Shown one piece after another: positions 7,944 through 16,182 of a stretch of DNA of 41,040 bases. A program made the position numbers and the translations under genes. The stretch covers positions 1-41,040 of the IMG/VR virus record IMGVR_UViG_3300033067_001218; one strand, given 5' to 3'. Positions within the stretch are counted from its first letter, which is position 1; the number at the start of each line of letters is the position of its first letter. The stretch is from a virus. Taxonomy: Duplodnaviria; Caudoviricetes. The notes under the pieces are model-generated. The model had not been told where the DNA came from and ran no database searches. It worked only from the letters and a program-made list of their open reading frames with translations.

Positions 7944-10166
7944 TCAAGATCTGCCCCACTGATCTAGTAATCGACGTGCCTCTTCGTCTGAATTAGCACC
8001 ACCATTCTTAGCAAATTCCTCACGGTCTTGTTTTGCGTATTCATCGTTCGTTATATGTACATTTACGGTTAAGTCTGGAGCTAATGTACGAGACATAAGG
8101 AAATATCGGACGCTGTCACAGTTGCGTACTAAGATTCCGTTTGCATAATAACAATGTTCATTCTCTACTGTTAGATTGTATACGTCTTCGTTTCCGGAGT
8201 TCAGACGCTTTACAATTTTGATGGCAAAATCTGCTTCTTTGATTAAGTATTGTCTGATATACCTTACCGCACCACTCACATATTTTATCAATTCGTTGTC
8301 TATTTTTCTGTATTTCTCGCATATGTTTACTGTGCCATTCTTTTCCTTCTTTTGATGCGTGCCATTCTTTTGTAAGATCTCGGATCGAATTAAGATTTTT
8401 ACGTATTTTTTCACGAAATTCCACACGCTTCCAATTTTTTCTAAAATGGTCAATACTATGTTGAGAAGCTGATATACACTCAAGATTAGAAATATTATTA
8501 TTTTTCCTATCGTGGTCTTTATGGTGGATGTGATGTTTTGCAGGAATTTCCCCATTATAAAAAATCCATACTGCTTGATGAAGTCTTTTCCTCCCATTTT
8601 TACAGCCTCCAATAGGCGAGAAGTAGTGACCGTCCCAGTTGTATTTATGACCGTCGAATACTTGTTGTTCCATACACAAATACTATCGGAATATCTAAGC
8701 TCGTCAATAGATACAATACCTCTTGTAGTAAATACTTTATGATCCTTTGTTCCTCGTAAAATAGTTCCATCTGAGAAGAGACAAGAAACTATAGGTGCAT
8801 TTATGCGTGATAGTACATGTGATTCCACTCTTTGTTTTCCTAATGGTGTAGCTACATATTCTCCCTTGAGTGTTATATCTCGAATTTGCTTCGTTGTACC
8901 ATCAGCCATACGTATTTCAGTGTCTCCAGTGAGACAAGCGTGGTCGTTTAGCTTCACAGGCTGATCCGCATCATTTAAATCTGTCTTCTTTTCTTTCCAT
9001 CGATAATTTCGTAATTCTTTCTCAAGTTGAGGACAACACCCCTCAAATATAAATAATTTAGGAGATCCTTTTTGACCCGTAATTGGGTGTATTCTATTTG
9101 GATCTACACGTATGTACTCAGCCATTCTATTAATACCTGCTAAAACATCATTATTTGCCCGTGTGAAGTTTCCAATCCCATGTTCTTCATATTCATCCAC
9201 TACAGAGTATGCTACCGATCTCATAGCAGACTGAAGGTTTTTATTAAATATACTTGGATCAGCAATGATAGAGACAGTTGGTTGTTGTCTCATATTTTTT
9301 ATCCACGGAGCATGATTCGCAATAATGTCTTTTCCTTTATAGTATTCATTTACGATATATACATTCCCTTCTGTATCAATACGGTACACATAAAAAGCTG
9401 TTGGATTATTAGCTCCATGATCTAACGAATATCCAAAACCCCAATCAAATGGAATATCAAACGGTTTGATAATATTATTTTTTCCGAAATCTTTGAATAT
9501 TAATCCTGCATAGTGCATTGGAATACATTCCAACTCTTGCATCATCACGCTTTCATCTCCTTCGCATTCTTCTCGAATTTCTTGGATGTCTTTTTCAGAA
9601 AGTAGCTTAGTCTTCGATGCGGGGAAGAGGAAAGAAGCACGATCTTCTCCTTGTAAGAGATATTGCTGCCAGAGATGATTTTCCCCCTTAAGAGTTCCTG
9701 TGAATGTAACACCACCTCCTGTAAAAGATCCATCAGCCTGTCCAATGATTGTGTAGCGGAATACTGTTTGCCACCCGGTAGGGTCATGATCCGAAAATTC
9801 GTCCATACCAAGCCAATCAAACTGCGCACCACGATGAGGTTCGTAGTTATCCGATCCAATAAATTGGAGAATAGATCCATTTTTATAATAAATTATTAAA
9901 TCAGATTCATTTTTTTTCTTACAAATAGCATTTACTGCATACTTCCCAACAATACCACCAAGCCAATAAATAGATCGAGCCTGTTTATATTCTGGACAAA
10001 CGATCGCATAACGTCCCGGCTTTAATAACGCACGTCGCTGAATGTCGTTAAACATAAAGATCGATTTTCCAAATCGTCTATGTGCGACTAAGGTAATATA
10101 TCTCGCTTTAGAGTTATGTACTTCTTTTTGAAAGCTCCGTGGTTTGTACGGTACAATAACGTCCAT
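7944..10166 (-). CDS. terL: Terminase large subunit, intein-containing (468 aa after splicing)
   Basis: Walker A AHRRFGKS, Walker B WLGMDE, nuclease SLDHG; splicing restores NDHA-CDSVRY. Confidence 0.95.
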   Translation of the reverse strand: MDVIVPYKPRSFQKEVHNSKARYITLVAHRRFGKSIFMFNDIQRRALLKPGRYAIVCPEYKQARSIYWLGGIVGKYAVNAICKKKNESDLIIYYKNGSILQFIGSDNYEPHRGAQFDWLGMDEFSDHDPTGWQTVFRYTIIGQADGSFTGGGVTFTGTLKGENHLWQQYLLQGEDRASFLFPASKTKLLSEKDIQEIREECEGDESVMMQELECIPMHYAGLIFKDFGKNNIIKPFDIPFDWGFGYSLDHGANNPTAFYVYRIDTEGNVYIVNEYYKGKDIIANHAPWIKNMRQQPTVSIIADPSIFNKNLQSAMRSVAYSVVDEYEEHGIGNFTRANNDVLAGINRMAEYIRVDPNRIHPITGQKGSPKLFIFEGCCPQLEKELRNYRWKEKKTDLNDADQPVKLNDHACLTGDTEIRMADGTTKQIRDITLKGEYVATPLGKQRVESHVLSRINAPIVSCLFSDGTILRGTKDHKVFTTRGIVSIDELRYSDSICVWNNKYSTVINTTGTVTTSRLLEAVKMGGKDFIKQYGFFIMGKFLQNITSTIKTTIGKIIIFLILSVYQLLNIVLTILEKIGSVWNFVKKYVKILIRSEILQKNGTHQKKEKNGTVNICEKYRKIDNELIKYVSGAVRYIRQYLIKEADFAIKIVKRLNSGNEDVYNLTVENEHCYYANGILVRNCDSVRYFLMSRTLAPDLTVNVHITNDEYAKQDREEFAKNGGANSDEEARRLLDQWGRS
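8121..8936 (-). mobile_element. Intein (272 aa, TerL residues 411-682)
   Basis: Block A CLTGDTEIRMADG, block B GTKDHKVFT, block F/G DVYNLTVENEHCYYANGILVRN, +1 Cys. Confidence 0.95.
8158..8673 (-). CDS. HNH homing endonuclease encoded out of frame inside the intein
   Basis: RLHQAVWIFYNGEIP..HIHHKDHDRKNNNISNLECIS..H (HNH_3 type) plus C-terminal CEWC...FCHQNC zinc motif; ATG at 8673, different frame from TerL. Confidence 0.9.
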   Translation of the reverse strand: MEQQVFDGHKYNWDGHYFSPIGGCKNGRKRLHQAVWIFYNGEIPAKHHIHHKDHDRKNNNISNLECISASQHSIDHFRKNWKRVEFREKIRKNLNSIRDLTKEWHASKEGKEWHSKHMREIQKNRQRIDKICEWCGKVYQTILNQRSRFCHQNCKASELRKRRRIQSNSRE

Positions 10167-10236
10167 ATATGGTAGTGATTTATAACATACTTATACTATA
10201 TATATTTCTATTTAAATTACAATTTAAGAAAAACTC

Positions 10237-10264
10237 TTGATTTTATGTAGTATATGTATATTAT
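10237..10264 (+). promoter_or_regulatory. Sigma70-like promoter of the first plus-strand cassette
   Basis: TTGATT-N16-TATTAT; overlaps TATGTAGTATATGTAT, which is also at 17029. Confidence 0.6.
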
Positions 10265-10378
10265 GTATCTGATTCTGCATTTAACAAACTAACAAATGAT
10301 AACAATCCTCCTTCTTCTCTTTTGCTCAGAAGAGAAACACACAAAACCCAACTATCTTACTTTCTATTTTTACTAACG

Positions 10379-10933
10379 ATGAAAAACATACTTGTCACCG
10401 GAAGCTACAGCGTAGGCAAATCTTCCGTTGTGGATGATCTAGAGCAAAAAATCCCCTATGAAAAACGAATCATCACGCAAGACACAGCACGTTTCTACCT
10501 TAGAAAAAAAGGTCTCAATTCCAATGATCTCACCGAACAACAGAAAATAGAACTGCAGACATTTGTGATTGCTTCCTACGTTGGCGCAGTGATGCAAAGC
10601 GAACACTCTCGCATCATGGGAGTGATGGACGGGTCATTGATAGAAGCATGTGCATATAGTGAAGGATTGCCCCTAGGAGAAGCCTTGAGAGATAAAATGT
10701 ATGAATACCTGTCTGACTATAGAAATCACTCTGTGGCCTATGTAATACCTCCCACGATACCACTTGAGAATGACGGACTACGACATAACGACAAAGAGTT
10801 TCGCATAGTCATTCATCAGAAGATCATGGAAATAATAGAAGCATTTAATATCCCGCATCATCTTGTGAGCTTTCAGAGTATTGGGTATCGAGCTGATGAG
10901 ATACTACATACGCACAAAACTAAATTCGCATAA
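10379..10933 (+). CDS. P-loop NTPase / nucleotide kinase-like protein (AAA_28/NadR-type)
   Basis: MKNILVTGSYSVGKSS Walker A, DGSLIE, PLENDGLRH; ATG at 10379. Confidence 0.8.
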   Translation: MKNILVTGSYSVGKSSVVDDLEQKIPYEKRIITQDTARFYLRKKGLNSNDLTEQQKIELQTFVIASYVGAVMQSEHSRIMGVMDGSLIEACAYSEGLPLGEALRDKMYEYLSDYRNHSVAYVIPPTIPLENDGLRHNDKEFRIVIHQKIMEIIEAFNIPHHLVSFQSIGYRADEILHTHKTKFA

Positions 10934-11084
10934 TGGAACAATTAAAACCCGTACAAGACCGACAAGATTTTCTCGTGATGGAACTGAACGCACGAACAGA
11001 TCAAACGAAAGAGCATTCTCCCTACAATGAAGAGATCTTGAAGGAATTGAAAGCACTGAATATTTTACTTAATTATTTTCTTAT

Positions 11085-11363
11085 ATGAGCAACGAAAAAC
11101 AGAACTTCGAGGGCGGTATTATCTACCCACAAAAAGACTGGGAAGCATTCCTGAAAACAAAAGGAGTTACACAGGAATGTATTACTCACGTCCTACAAAA
11201 CAAGTGCGCCGAAGATTTCAAAGTTGAGAAAGAAGAAGGAGTCTTGCGAGTTTGTAAGCATAACCAAAACAAAGACTCTGTGAAACAAGGACTACGCATG
11301 ATTGCAGAACTACGAAACAGCACAACGCTTGTTGTAGAAGATGTGTGTGCTAGCCATATTTAA
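11085..11363 (+). CDS. Hypothetical protein
   Basis: 92 aa ORF with a pyrimidine/AT-rich leader like its neighbours. Confidence 0.7.
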   Translation: MSNEKQNFEGGIIYPQKDWEAFLKTKGVTQECITHVLQNKCAEDFKVEKEEGVLRVCKHNQNKDSVKQGLRMIAELRNSTTLVVEDVCASHI

Positions 11364-11391
11364 AGAGTAGTTTCGATCTTTTACATACAGG

Positions 11392-11506
11392 GCTGGGGTG
11401 GCGGAAGATAGACGCTACAGGACGTAGTAACAACGAGCGTAATGGAAAAATCGTCTCAATGTACGCATCAGAAGTTACATGCAGGTATCGAATCCTGCCC
11501 CCAGCA
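11392..11506 (+). ncRNA. tRNA-like RNA 1 (115 nt; Leu-type D-arm, no canonical anticodon arm, long extra arm)
   Basis: Acceptor GCTGGGG/CCCCAGC+A; D-arm TGGCGGAAGATAGACGC; T-arm GCAGG-TATCGAAT-CCTGC. Confidence 0.8.
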
Positions 11507-11514
11507 ATTTATAC

Positions 11515-11676
11515 GGTGAGATGGCGGAATAGGTAGACGCATCACAACTAGAAGGGAGTATAAAGAAAGAGCGCTTTGTGGGTATCACCTAACGAACTAG
11601 TGGCGTCCTGTAGCCCGTGTTATCCGGGAGAACAAGTTATACTCATGTAGTGTGCAAATCACTACTCTCACCACCA
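11515..11676 (+). ncRNA. tRNA-like RNA 2 (162 nt, encoded CCA, long inserted domain)
   Basis: Acceptor GGTGAGA/TCTCACC+ACCA; D-arm TGGCGGAATAGGTAGACGC; T-arm GTAGTG-TGCAAAT-CACTAC; insert closed by GAGTATAA/TTATACTC. Confidence 0.82.
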
Positions 11677-11680
11677 ATAC

Positions 11681-11751
11681 CGGGGCGTAGCTATAAGTTG
11701 TAGTTAGAGGTCGCGCCTCTAGAGATAATTAACGCCTATCCGCCCCGACCA
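11681..11751 (+). tRNA. Degenerate tRNA-like gene (71 nt, possible CGC anticodon, non-canonical T and D loops)
   Basis: Acceptor CGGGGCG/CGCCCCG+ACCA; stems GCTAT/GTAGT, TAGAG/CTCTA, GATA/TATC. Confidence 0.6.
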
Positions 11752-11782
11752 CTTACTTTTACTTAACTTATCCTTTATAACA

Positions 11783-12010
11783 ATGGATACATTCAGAGTA
11801 ACACCGACAGAATTGACCGAGTATCAAACCACTACAGTAGCCAGTATTAAAGAAGCAGCTATCTTACTAGCATCTGTGATTCAGTATGGAAGCGACCAAA
11901 AACCTAGCGATTTAATTAATACTGACACTAGAGAGAAAGCACTTGCCATGACAAAACTAGAAGAGGCTGTTATGTGGGCAGTGAAGGGATGGACTAATCC
12001 AGAACTCTAG
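11783..12010 (+). CDS. Acb2/Tad1-like immune-signal sponge protein
   Basis: 75 aa helical hairpin with REKALAMTKLEEAVMWAVKG signature. Confidence 0.72.
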   Translation: MDTFRVTPTELTEYQTTTVASIKEAAILLASVIQYGSDQKPSDLINTDTREKALAMTKLEEAVMWAVKGWTNPEL

Positions 12011-12125
12011 ACACATAAAAGACCCGAGTTTGTAGAAAACTTGAGTCCTTATGAATAGATACAACAACAATTTACACTTCCTATTTCGGATTACAACTAC
12101 TTTTACTTAACTTATTAAAGACAAT

Positions 12126-12332
12126 ATGAAAAAGCCAATAATGCAAGAACGCCCGTTTGATCTCGATCTCAAGAAAGTACTACAGCATTACTTCAAAGAA
12201 GTAGACGAAACCGGATATAATACAGCAGATGACGACTTTGAACACTGTGTATTTGAGGAAGTGATGATGGCTTACTATGGAAGAGACGTGTTTGATTATC
12301 TAAACAAGAAAGATAGCGAAGAGACAGAGTAG
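12126..12332 (+). CDS. Small acidic hypothetical protein
   Basis: 68 aa ORF, D/E-rich. Confidence 0.7.
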   Translation: MKKPIMQERPFDLDLKKVLQHYFKEVDETGYNTADDDFEHCVFEEVMMAYYGRDVFDYLNKKDSEETE

Positions 12333-12360
12333 CCTTTTATTTTTTATTACCAAGAGAACT

Positions 12361-12525
12361 ATGACAGACAAGATATTTTATACCTACTGTGACTTCTGTG
12401 AAATAAAGATAGAGGATGATAGGGACGCTCGGTACTTAGAATTCCACCATAAAAACGCTACTGCGTGCCAATCTTGCGAAGATAAAATAATCGCTTTCAC
12501 AGAGACTTTAAAACCTACTCTTTAA
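12361..12525 (+). CDS. Small zinc-finger-like protein (not in ORF track)
   Basis: 54 aa, MTDKIFYTYCDFC...CQSC. Confidence 0.6.
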   Translation: MTDKIFYTYCDFCEIKIEDDRDARYLEFHHKNATACQSCEDKIIAFTETLKPTL

Positions 12526-12547
12526 CCTATCTCCCCCCCCCCTTACT

Positions 12548-13213
12548 ATGAAGAAATATTCGCTACTTATAGACAGTCCAGAGTACCCAAAAGGTACAAA
12601 AGCTATCTTCAATGAAGAAGATGGTACCTACGACCTACATACCATAGACAGTACAGACCCGTTAGAGAACGAGAAAGGATTCATTGCGTGTCTAGCACCT
12701 TGGCAAGTAGAGAATCGTCCCACAGTTTGGGAAAGACTTCTACACACAGAATGTCAAGAGGGAAGAAATTGTACTGACTGTGCTGAAGAGCGGGAGGAGA
12801 TCACAGAAGAACAGGATAAAGAAGAGTGGCCGAAGGAAGATCAAGAGTGTTTTATTTTGAGTGATTCTGGAAGTATAGACCAGTATTTCTACCATAAAGC
12901 ATACCACGGCCAAATGTTGTTGGAAGCAGCAAGTTTGTTTCCTACTCGTGAAGCAGCCGCGACAGAACTCCTTCTACGGAAGCTGATGGTGAAGCGTTAT
13001 AGGCCACAAAGAAATGACAGATATTATAGATGGGATTTTTATTTAGAATCGGCAGAATTGGATTATTGGCTTCAAGATCGTCAGAACTTCGAGAACTTTC
13101 TACTGGGCAACACATTTCCTTATACCGATGAAGGCAAAAAACTATGCGAAGAATACGGCAAGCAACTTCAAAAATGTATAGACTTTTATCTCTCTCAAAC
13201 AAATAAAGAATGA
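12548..13213 (+). CDS. Hypothetical protein
   Basis: 221 aa ORF, acidic and aromatic. Confidence 0.75.
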   Translation: MKKYSLLIDSPEYPKGTKAIFNEEDGTYDLHTIDSTDPLENEKGFIACLAPWQVENRPTVWERLLHTECQEGRNCTDCAEEREEITEEQDKEEWPKEDQECFILSDSGSIDQYFYHKAYHGQMLLEAASLFPTREAAATELLLRKLMVKRYRPQRNDRYYRWDFYLESAELDYWLQDRQNFENFLLGNTFPYTDEGKKLCEEYGKQLQKCIDFYLSQTNKE

Positions 13214-13254
13214 AAACACTTTTTCAGTTTCTCTATTCCATAAATCAACCATAA

Positions 13255-13506
13255 ATGAAAAGTACACAATGCTATTGTTGTGAAAAGCCACTCTCTCAAT
13301 CTGACTATGGTGGCATGTATTGCATTACAAGTGATTGTCCATTAGAAGGATCTATCGACCCATGTATTATGGCTGAAATGAGTAGAAAAATTTATGAGTA
13401 TCAAAGTAACCCATCTAAGGGCATGCATACAGTGGCGGAAAAACAACTCAAAAGTCCCGCAAAAGAGTTGTTCTCCTTCTTAGATACTTTATTTCCTATT
13501 AAATAA
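13255..13506 (+). CDS. Hypothetical Cys-rich protein
   Basis: 83 aa, CYCC...C....C. Confidence 0.65.
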   Translation: MKSTQCYCCEKPLSQSDYGGMYCITSDCPLEGSIDPCIMAEMSRKIYEYQSNPSKGMHTVAEKQLKSPAKELFSFLDTLFPIK

Positions 13507-13509
13507 CAC

Positions 13510-13671
13510 ATGAAAGACGAAAAAGCTCGCAAAATCCTGATGTCACTTATGATTATTTTAAAGAACTATCCACAGTGCCAGTGCTTTGCGGAAGTGGATG
13601 CGTGTGTCACGAGATCATTTCACGGAGCGATCAAAGACTTGCTAGAAGAATTAACTGATGCGTCTTCATAA
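13510..13671 (+). CDS. Small hypothetical protein (not in ORF track)
   Basis: 53 aa MKDEKARK..., packed between neighbours. Confidence 0.55.
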   Translation: MKDEKARKILMSLMIILKNYPQCQCFAEVDACVTRSFHGAIKDLLEELTDASS

Positions 13672-13679
13672 CTTTACTT

Positions 13680-13924
13680 CCCTTACTACCTACGAAGAAT
13701 GACAGATAGAGAACTAAATAACTACCAGATAGGTGATGATATCGCTTATAATGTAGGGTCTATGCAGAGGGGAGTGTTTCTAGGGCTACTAGAAAATAAA
13801 GTGCTTATACGAGAAGAGAACGGAAATTACGTGTGGGAGTTAAATAAAAATGAAGTGTTTGATGTTTCTCTGTACTGCGACGGAAAATAAATTTTATCCC
13901 CCTTACTACCTACGAAGAATGACA
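13680..13924 (+). repeat. 25 bp start-associated direct repeat CCCTTACTACCTACGAAGAATGACA (13680-13704 and 13900-13924)
   Basis: Exact repeat covering the leaders and ATGs of two consecutive genes. Confidence 0.9.
13699..13890 (+). CDS. Hypothetical protein (small beta-barrel-like)
   Basis: 63 aa, YQIGDDIAY...RGVFLG. Confidence 0.65.
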   Translation: MTDRELNNYQIGDDIAYNVGSMQRGVFLGLLENKVLIREENGNYVWELNKNEVFDVSLYCDGK

Positions 13925-14179
13925 AAACAGATGCAGGAAATTCAGAATGATTTTCTTGAGAAATTCCCAGAACTGAAAGAATTTCCTGCGCTTGCTATGG
14001 AGATGCAAACATTCCTGCATCAAGCTTGTACACGCTACGCTCAAGGGATAGTGCCAGAGAAACTTCAAATCGACCCAAAACGTAAAAAAACCTATGAACT
14101 TGGTGGAGACGTGGGATGGAATCAATGTATTGAGAAAACTTTGCATAGAATCCATATAGACTCCAAGCATTTAGAGTAA
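13919..14179 (+). CDS. Hypothetical protein
   Basis: Start lies within the repeat (MTKQMQ); GWNQCIE motif is common in small phage proteins. Confidence 0.68.
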   Translation: MTKQMQEIQNDFLEKFPELKEFPALAMEMQTFLHQACTRYAQGIVPEKLQIDPKRKKTYELGGDVGWNQCIEKTLHRIHIDSKHLE

Positions 14180-14217
14180 ACTATCAACCATACCTACATC
14201 CTAAACTAACAAAGAGA

Positions 14218-14457
14218 ATGAGCTCAAGATATGGAGTACTACGGTACGAAGATAGAGAGTATGGGAATATGTGCGACATGAAGTTAGAATATAGTTGCAC
14301 CTCTGATATTCTGGTTATACAAACAAACGAAAAGAAGTTTCCAAATAATAAAATATATTTGAATCAGAGTGAAATAGTGCTTCTATTTCACTGTATGAAA
14401 AATATGGAAATTCTTGACTGGTTTTTACCTAAGTCTAACCCTACTCCTCATGAATAA
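14218..14457 (+). CDS. Hypothetical protein
   Basis: 79 aa ORF in the cassette. Confidence 0.62.
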   Translation: MSSRYGVLRYEDREYGNMCDMKLEYSCTSDILVIQTNEKKFPNNKIYLNQSEIVLLFHCMKNMEILDWFLPKSNPTPHE

Positions 14458-14659
14458 GAAAGAAGAACTACCGTACGGCGTTTTTCCGTCAGTAACAATA
14501 AGTAAGAAAGACATAGAAGCACAACTATATAGTCAGTGCTGTGATGCTCTTGTATTTGTAGCAAACGGAGATGGTAGAGGAGATCATATTGTACATTGGT
14601 ATGAGTGTACAAAATGTAGACGTCCGTCAAGTCCTAAAGAATGTGACGAGTCTAATTAG
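14450..14659 (+). CDS. Hypothetical zinc-ribbon-like protein
   Basis: MNKKEELP...SQCCDA...WYECTKC. Confidence 0.62.
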   Translation: MNKKEELPYGVFPSVTISKKDIEAQLYSQCCDALVFVANGDGRGDHIVHWYECTKCRRPSSPKECDESN

Positions 14660-14685
14660 ACCTATTTTATACTTATTTTAGACCT

Positions 14686-14904
14686 ATGAATAAGAAAGAA
14701 GCAATTCCTACAAAATCCTTCTTCCAAAGACTCCTTAATAAATGGCTGTGTGTGATTGGGAAACACAAGTTACAAGGAAGAATATACAACGGAGTAATAA
14801 CTGCTAAATATGCTAACGGCGAATATGAAAAAATTCCTAGGACAGAAAAGTATTATATCTGCACAAGAGAAAAATGTCAGTACAAACGTATTAAATATTC
14901 TTAA
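14686..14904 (+). CDS. Hypothetical protein
   Basis: 72 aa, LCVIGKHK...CTREKC. Confidence 0.62.
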   Translation: MNKKEAIPTKSFFQRLLNKWLCVIGKHKLQGRIYNGVITAKYANGEYEKIPRTEKYYICTREKCQYKRIKYS

Positions 14905-14912
14905 CTATACCT

Positions 14913-15125
14913 ATGACCTTCCTCTCTACACTCCGTACATGGTGGACAAGTCAAAAACCCGTAGAAGAACTGATACCTAAGCACCTTCATGAGTATAAAC
15001 TTGAATCTGCACTACTCGCTGAGAAATTAAACCATATAAAAGAGAAGAAAGAAATATTACAAGAGCAACTACGGACAATACGAGAAATACAGGCAAGTTA
15101 TCTCAAAGAACAATCTCTTATTTAA
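14913..15125 (+). CDS. Hypothetical coiled-coil protein
   Basis: 70 aa ORF. Confidence 0.6.
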   Translation: MTFLSTLRTWWTSQKPVEELIPKHLHEYKLESALLAEKLNHIKEKKEILQEQLRTIREIQASYLKEQSLI

Positions 15126-15244
15126 CCTCTCTCCCTACTATATACTATGAAAGAATGGTAGAAAAGGGATATAAATTTTGCAAGATAGCAATGCAAAAAA
15201 GTATCCGAGAAGACGAAGACTCTATCTAACTAACTCTCACAACA

Positions 15245-15490
15245 ATGACCAGAAAAGAATACCGAGAACTCCTCCTCAATACCACCACGCTCGAACAACA
15301 CCATAAAAAACACAGAGACTATAAAAACTGCACCCAATGCAAAACATACCAAGATGCATACCTACAACTCTTTAAAGTACGCTCAAAACCCATCAATAAA
15401 ATAATCCTCGATGGAAAAACAACCCTCGCCATCCCTTCCCTCGTAGAACTCCTAAAAGACGCAAGAACGTACACAACAACTCACTCCTAA
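15245..15490 (+). CDS. Hypothetical protein
   Basis: 81 aa, H...CTQC; last gene of the cassette. Confidence 0.6.
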   Translation: MTRKEYRELLLNTTTLEQHHKKHRDYKNCTQCKTYQDAYLQLFKVRSKPINKIILDGKTTLAIPSLVELLKDARTYTTTHS

Positions 15491-16182
15491 CAACAACTCC
15501 CGCTCTCCCATCCATTCCAAAGATGGTCTTTTCTGCTGTCTGTACCCTATGGTGTATGCTTACTCTGTATGCTCATAGAATATATGAAGTAGTATAGATG
15601 TGTGCCATGCCGTACAGTTACTTTGGTGTGCTGTAGAATGTGTGGGGGCTACTCTATATATTCCTACTACGTCTGTTCTACTTAGACCCTGTTTCTCTAA
15701 CCCAGTGGGTGTATATTCATAGGATAGTGAACATGAGGAAATGTACTGTAACAATCATAGACAGTTGATTCTACTACGTCTACTAAGTACATTCATTGTT
15801 AGTATTCGTTATTCTACAAATTAAGCAGTCTGTAATGGTACTAAGAACTATTATATATATGTATGTATATCTCTATACTGTTATTCATGTATGTATAGTA
15901 TAAGGACTATATAACTATTATAGCCCCGCTCCTGTCTCGTGTGTCGCACGTAACAATGCACGTAGTATCTATCTAACTGTATCGTAACACTCACGCTTAC
16001 TTCTCTTCCTAGGTAATATACATAAATAGGTGAGATTGTTGTTTCCCGTCTATCTCTATACTTTGCACAATGTAGTTTTCTCTCTTTTCCAACCAATAAC
16101 ACAAAAGAAGTACTTCCGTACTCCCTCTATGCTACAACATATATAATGTCTGTAAGTCCTTCCGAGTTGCTTCTCTTCTACT

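Noticed and set aside
11392-11676. Canonical tmRNA or group I intron-containing tRNA
   Set aside because: Inserts of ~50-90 nt are far too short for either, and I see no convincing tag ORF or intron core
12533-12542. Poly-C tract as a phase-variation switch
   Set aside because: It lies in a leader, not a CDS or promoter spacer; similar pyrimidine-rich leaders are common here, and no length variation can be seen from one sequence
13680-13924. CRISPR mini-array
   Set aside because: Only two copies, 220 nt apart, each overlapping a start codon; no cas genes
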